Origin: Eledone cirrhosa
Lineage: Eukaryota
Assembly (NCBI GenBank): GCA_964016885.1
Contig: OZ024756.1
Span: forward strand, 30,380,001 to 30,444,000
Direction of reading: 5' to 3'
DNA length: 64,000 bases
In this document: positions 57,512 to 64,000 of the stretch, one piece after another
Position numbering within the stretch: the first letter of the stretch is position 1
Layout: every line of letters begins with the position of its first letter
Translations under genes and position numbers: made by a program
Notes under the pieces: generated by a model
What the model saw: only the letters and a program-made list of their open reading frames with translations
The model's database searches: none
What the model was told of the DNA's origin: nothing

Positions 57512-57860
57512 GTTTGGCGTTAAAGCGTCGGATAAATATGTAGCAATATTTGATGTGGCTCTTAACGTTCCGGGTTCAAATCCCGCCAATGTTAGATTTG
57601 ACTTTTATCCACGGGATCTATAAAACAAAGGACCAGTAATGCATTGGGGTCGATTTAATCGACTTTCTGCGTCCTACCCCAAAATTGAAGGCCTTGTGCC
57701 TAAATCAGAAACAAATATTATTCTTATTATTTTAAGGTGTGAGTTCAAATCCTGCCGGGGTTATCTTTGCCTTTGATCCTTACGGGGTCGATAAAATAAA
57801 GTACCAGTAATGCATTGGGATAATTGCTGGCCTTGTGCCTAAAAGTAGAAACAATTACTA
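57512..57860 (+). mobile_element. Two tandem SINE copies (degenerate long-tail copy plus 5'-truncated copy)
   Basis: Two gttcaaatcc B boxes and two ggccttgtgcc tails. Confidence 0.8.
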
Positions 57861-58465
57861 TTTTATGAAGAAACAAACTGACCATCCATCAGAATTCCAC
57901 AAGACAGCACTTCTTTTAAATCGGATTGCCTTCTGGAAAAGGTGCCTAATTTATTTATTTATTTATTTATTTATTAATTAATTTATCTATATATTTACTT
58001 ATCTATTTATTTATGAATTTATTTATTTCCTTCTGTCTTGTTTTAAGATTCTATCACATGATTTGTGTGTACAAGAAAGTAGTGTCTGTTAAACATTTTC
58101 AACATTTCATATATTTTTTGTCAAATTTACGTTTACAATATTAACAAACATTCCTAATTGGAGGCTTCGAAACTAGTAAGATGTACTCAAAATTGAGATG
58201 GTAATGGCTGAATATAATATGACGTAAAAAAAAGACACCTTAAGTTATATGCAACCGAAACGAAACGAATTTAGCAAAAAATATTCACAGAGTCACGGCC
58301 TCAAGCATATACACTTAGAACTGTAAAATAAGAGACAGTAATAAAATAAATACGCAAATAAATTAATAATTAAGGGCTATTGGAATAATTAATTCGAATA
58401 GGAAAAGAAAGTGAACAATAACGACATCATCAATAAAGACAAAGAGAGCGTTCGTTATTGCAAAT

Positions 58466-58672
58466 ATTGGTTTCTTATATAGGCACGAGGCCAGCAATTT
58501 TTTTTTTGGGGGGGAGTCGGTTAAATCGACCCCAGTGTGTGACTGGTACTTTATTTTATCGATCTCGTAAGGATGAAAGGCAAAGTTAACCTCGGCGGGA
58601 TTTGAACTCAGATCATAACTCTAGGCTGCAACGCAAGGCGTCGAACCCTCTACCGATACTGTCAATCCACCT
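58466..58672 (-). mobile_element. Long-tail SINE with 11-bp TSD
   Basis: tgcaaatattg at 58459-58469 and 58672-58682. Confidence 0.9.
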
Positions 58673-59182
58673 GCAAATATTGCGAGTCAAATGCAGCGAC
58701 TCGATTTGTGCCAACGTAAGGAAAAAAGAATGTGTGAAGATATTTCATGAAATACAGTGTCTCCTTGCCCGACGACGAGGAAAACCACGATAGAGGATTA
58801 CTGACACTAAAGAAATGAAGGGGACGAAGCGGATCAGGTTCGGCTAAGGCTTACAATTGCCAGGAACACTTACAGGAAACTACGATAGTAGAACCAGGTA
58901 CTAGCAGAATGTGGTGAAATTTGTGGGGTGAATTGTTCCAAGATATCCTTTTTTTACAGTTTGAATTACGTCTGTTTTTTTTTTTATGTGTGAACACGTC
59001 AGATATATGCCAGTAGCAGCTAAGAATGACAGACAGCGCTGTTTCAATATTCGTTGATTATTGACAGTAAAAAAAATTACTTTTTATATCATATCGAGGT
59101 ACCCATATGTATATTGTATATAAACACTATAAACATATGGCATCGGCTTTCATATACACGCTTATTATGGTAAAAGCTGTTT

Positions 59183-59273
<91 letters not shown>

Positions 59274-59376
59274 TATATATATATACATATATACATATAT
59301 ATAATGTATATATATATATATATCTGGAAGACTGTTTACAGACGTCTATACCAGACTTCACTTCATTGGAATGTTT

Positions 59377-59469
<93 letters not shown>

Positions 59470-60024
59470 TATACGAATATGTCTGAGGGAGGTTTGGTGT
59501 CTGTACGTCTATGTGAATGGGTTGACATTGGATTTCTTTGAAGCATCCATGTTCTTTGTGAAATGAAATTATGTTCCCATCAAAGCATTATGTTATATTT
59601 TGGGGTAGAGGGGGCATTTATTATTATTATTATTGTTATCATTATATTTTTTCTGTTTCTGTTTGTTGTCGTTTCATATGTTTATTCGTTGTTGTTTTTT
59701 TTATTTCTGTTTGTCCGTTGTTCCTTTTGTTTTTGTTTCCTTCTATTTTCTCTCTTGTATCGCATAATAGAATTTTGTCGTTTGGATAGCGTGTTTCTTT
59801 TGAACTAATTCTTCATTCAGACAAGCTAAATATTTTTGAGGTGGTCAGAGAGAGAGTGAGAGAGAGAGAGAGAGAGGGAGAGAGAGAGAGAAACAGACAG
59901 AGAGACAGAGACGGAAAAGGGAGGGACGGAGGATAGAAAGTGGAGAGAGAGACAGATAGATAACAAAACCTGTTGAAATCTGTGTCCATAGTCGCAAATA
60001 CACATAATTATACACAAACATATA

Positions 60025-60119
<95 letters not shown>

Positions 60120-60132
60120 ATATGTATATATG

Positions 60133-60214
<82 letters not shown>

Positions 60215-60645
60215 TACACATATATATATACACATAAAGACTCACACGCACAGTCATATGTAACTATGAGTGTATGTGTTGTTTTCGTGTGTAAGTGTAT
60301 GCGACATCAAAGAAAATAATATGACTATCACGTTTTTTTTTTCATCTCAGGAAAAGTATCTTTGAAAAAACCTAGTTGAATTGAAAATAATTACTAAATT
60401 TTTCTGTTTGTGAAACAACGCACAAAATATAATATTACCGAATGATTAGGTCATCGTTTTATAAACATGTGATTGTGGTATTCAGATATTAATTTATAAA
60501 CATAGATTAGTTCCCAGTTCGATCCCGCCAAAAGGTAAAACCAGTAATGAGCAAAACAGTGACTGATCTCTCGCTCGGGTTAAGAAACGACTAGTTAGTG
60601 TTATAGTATCCGATGAATGAAAACAGAGTGTGCCACTTCATTGTA

Positions 60646-60702
<57 letters not shown>

Positions 60703-60742
60703 GATATTAAACAAATGGAAACTATATTTATAAAACCATATT

Positions 60743-60808
60743 TATTTCATTATACATATTTCAGGGATACCATATTAAAAATATGGCATGCCTTCTTCAG
60801 ATAAAATA
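60743..60808 (-). ncRNA. Hammerhead ribozyme (family C) in element 60701-60850
   Basis: UAUUUUAU CUGAAGA AGGcAUGCCAUAUU loop AAUAUGGUAUCCCU GAA AUAUGUAU A AUGAAAUA. Confidence 0.78.
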
Positions 60809-60903
60809 CAATATATAAGCAGTTTTATAAATAAATTTGACGTACCATAGAATATTGATCAACTTCCATTTAAAAAAGTTGGTTTGGTTTTAAATAAAAC
60901 TTT

Positions 60904-60987
<84 letters not shown>

Positions 60988-61074
60988 AACAATTATACAG
61001 GTAAAATTATATGTTTTCCTTAAATATAATTTTGGCTTACTATGGTCTTAATCTTAATTGTATTATACCTGAAT

Positions 61075-61253
61075 AATAATTGTTTCTACATTTGGCACAA
61101 GGCCAGCAATTACCCAGTACGTTACTGGTACTTTATTTTATCGACCCCGTAAGGATGAAAGGCAAAGTTAACCTCGGCAGGATTTGAACTCAGATCGTAA
61201 GGCGACGTAACTATGCTGGAAAGCATGTCCGACCCTCTACCGATACTGCCAAT
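61075..61253 (-). mobile_element. Main-family SINE with 10-bp TSD
   Basis: gaataataat at 61071-61080 and 61256-61265. Confidence 0.9.
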
Positions 61254-61426
61254 TCGAATAATAATGCTCTGCAAAATACAGATTTTAGCCTGTATAAAGC
61301 ATATATGAGTTTTTATGGTATAATATAATTGAAGTAAATTTTTCCTGCTATTTCATGCGTTAACCTAATATATTCCTTCCATATACTGTAGCGATTGTGT
61401 TGTTATTTATGTTTACCTTTTACATG

Positions 61427-61461
<35 letters not shown>

Positions 61462-61688
61462 TATATTATATTATATTTTAAGAGCCTAACATATCGTTGT
61501 TTTACGAAACGGTTTAGTATATGACCAACTTTTTCAGATGCGATGAAAATAAAACGGGAAATTTTCACGCGCTGTTTCTTCTTATCTGAAAGAGTTGGTC
61601 GTACTTACAAACACGTTTCTATTTGGTAATGCAAACGTATGTTAAACTGTTAATATAAATATTTCCTTTTCCTCATTGCGTTTATTAC

Positions 61689-61808
<120 letters not shown>

Positions 61809-62513
61809 AGAGAAAGAGAGGATTTACATATATTTCTATGTATATTCGTATGTGTGCGTTTATGACTATGTTTCGTTTGTGTCTGTGTTCGCTTTTATAT
61901 CCTATGATTTAGCGATACGATCGACTAAATGAACGTGGTGTTCCAGAATGGCCGTAGTCTAATGATTCAGACTAGTAAAAGTAGAAAAAATGAAAAATGA
62001 AGAGAAGTATTCTGTTATTTCACAATCATTCTCAGTATAATCAACAACGATATTTCGAAACTCAATTATATGAGAGAAATCACACAGAGAAGAGACAAAC
62101 AAAACCACAAGGAAAAAGAGAATCTACGAACAACAACTAAGATATATTATATAAACGAAAAACCATAATAATATAAACAAATCAAACGAACACAAAATGG
62201 CGATGCTTTCAGAACAAAATGGAAGCGAAGACATTTTCTACAGTATAGCAATTAGACATAATTAAATATAGCAGATTGTGCTAAATTTTTTTCATTAAGA
62301 AATCTGTATTAAAAACGTGCATATTCATTTCTTGCTAGGAGATTTGTGTAGGAAAAAAAACAACAGAAAGAGAACAAAAAAATCTCGATTTATATTTATT
62401 TAATTATTTTATTATTTGCATATTTTCTTTATCGTTTTCGTCGTTGTATGGTTTTGTTTTTACATTCAAATACAGAGAAAGCTATCTCATGCATAGTATG
62501 ATTGTTACATACG

Positions 62514-62624
<111 letters not shown>

Positions 62625-62754
62625 TTTTCACTCTCTCTCTCGCTCTTTTTCTCTACCTCCTAACCCTATATGCAGGAATCTATGTGTCTATGATGAATGT
62701 ATGTATATATGTATGCAAGTATGTATATATGTATGTATGTATTTTTGTATTTAT

Positions 62755-62818
<64 letters not shown>

Positions 62819-62829
62819 ATATATATATG

Positions 62830-62862
<33 letters not shown>

Positions 62863-62924
62863 GTTATGAAATACTGTTAGCTTCTCGCTAAAACAATTTC
62901 TATTCCTTTCATTTATATATATAT

Positions 62925-62983
<59 letters not shown>

Positions 62984-63262
62984 GTGTGTGTGTGTGTGTG
63001 TTTGTATGTATGTATACACCGGGATGAGTATCTAAGATGTGTGTTTGTTTCCTTGTATGCATGTAAGTATATAGGTATGTGTGTATGTGTGTACGTATAT
63101 ATGTATGTATGCATGTATGCATCTGCCTATCTATTTATCGTTCTCTCTTTCTACATAACTCTCTGCATGTCTTTATATGTCTCTCAATCTCAATATATAC
63201 TATATGCGGCGTGCATAAGTGTGATTATACACTGTGTAAATGTATGTATTTATGTACATGTG

Positions 63263-63319
<57 letters not shown>

Positions 63320-63435
63320 ACTGATTGCCATCTACCGGGAACTTCGGCAAAAAGAAAGATATATTAAAAAATATATCTGTACTATATCATATTAAAATAA
63401 ATATATAATATAAATTCATACATATTTCTTTTCCC

Positions 63436-63518
63436 CCGGACGTAAATTCGTGTTTCCGGACTTGCATCATTGAAAAAAATAAATACAAGGATATACGTGT
63501 GATATTCTTCATCAGCGG
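63436..63518 (-). ncRNA. Hammerhead-like motif
   Basis: CCG CUGAUGA (long irregular stem II) GAAAC acgaauuuac GUC CGG; stems are weak. Confidence 0.35.
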
Positions 63519-63780
63519 CAAAGAATCGTTCGAGACTTCTCTTGAATGAATACAACGCACCGAAACAGGAAAGGAAATATCGGAAAGAAAAAAATCCAAC
63601 CGGAATTTCGATCAATCCTCTGTTTGACTAGCCGGCCATAGATTTAGAGATTTAGTAGATATTTTAATACTGATTGAAATAATTTCAGATTTTCAGGTGT
63701 AGTGAGATTAAAACACTTAGATGAAAAACTCGCTGATAAATTTCAATAAAAGCACCAGTCACTCTTGAGTCTCACTACAT

Positions 63781-63915
<135 letters not shown>

Positions 63916-64000
63916 GCTTACATATATATGTATATACCTATATATATATATTGTATATATATATACATATTTATATATATGTACATATATATATTTATAT

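Noticed and set aside
61506-61619. Imperfect inverted repeat as a further ribozyme element
   Set aside because: The arms are visible but no complete hammerhead core can be built on either strand.

Overview
Repeat-saturated, AT-rich eukaryotic intergenic or intronic DNA with no supportable intact host gene. Nearly all ORF-track entries are translations of (TA)n, (CA)n, (GA)n, (TATG)n, (CAT)n, (GAA)n or (GTT)n microsatellites. The SINE complement resembles octopod cephalopod genomes (inferred from recalled SINE motifs). Recognisable content: more than 20 copies of a tRNA-headed SINE, several CORE-type SINEs, decayed LINEs (R4/Dong-like, an older RLE relic, RTE, Tx1/L1-like tails), a Helitron-like non-autonomous element, a 101-bp mariner-type MITE, a (TATG)n-embedded retroposon family and several minisatellites. 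The main observation is that many unique islands inside (TA)n tracts are short relics of several Penelope-like families. They carry about 20 complete, half or degenerate hammerhead-ribozyme motifs and are often arranged as tail-to-tail inverted repeats, with junctions that in one family fall on the ribozyme's own hairpins. One family consistently has a non-canonical CAGAAG(A/G) core. All alignments and folds were done by eye, so element boundaries are approximate.
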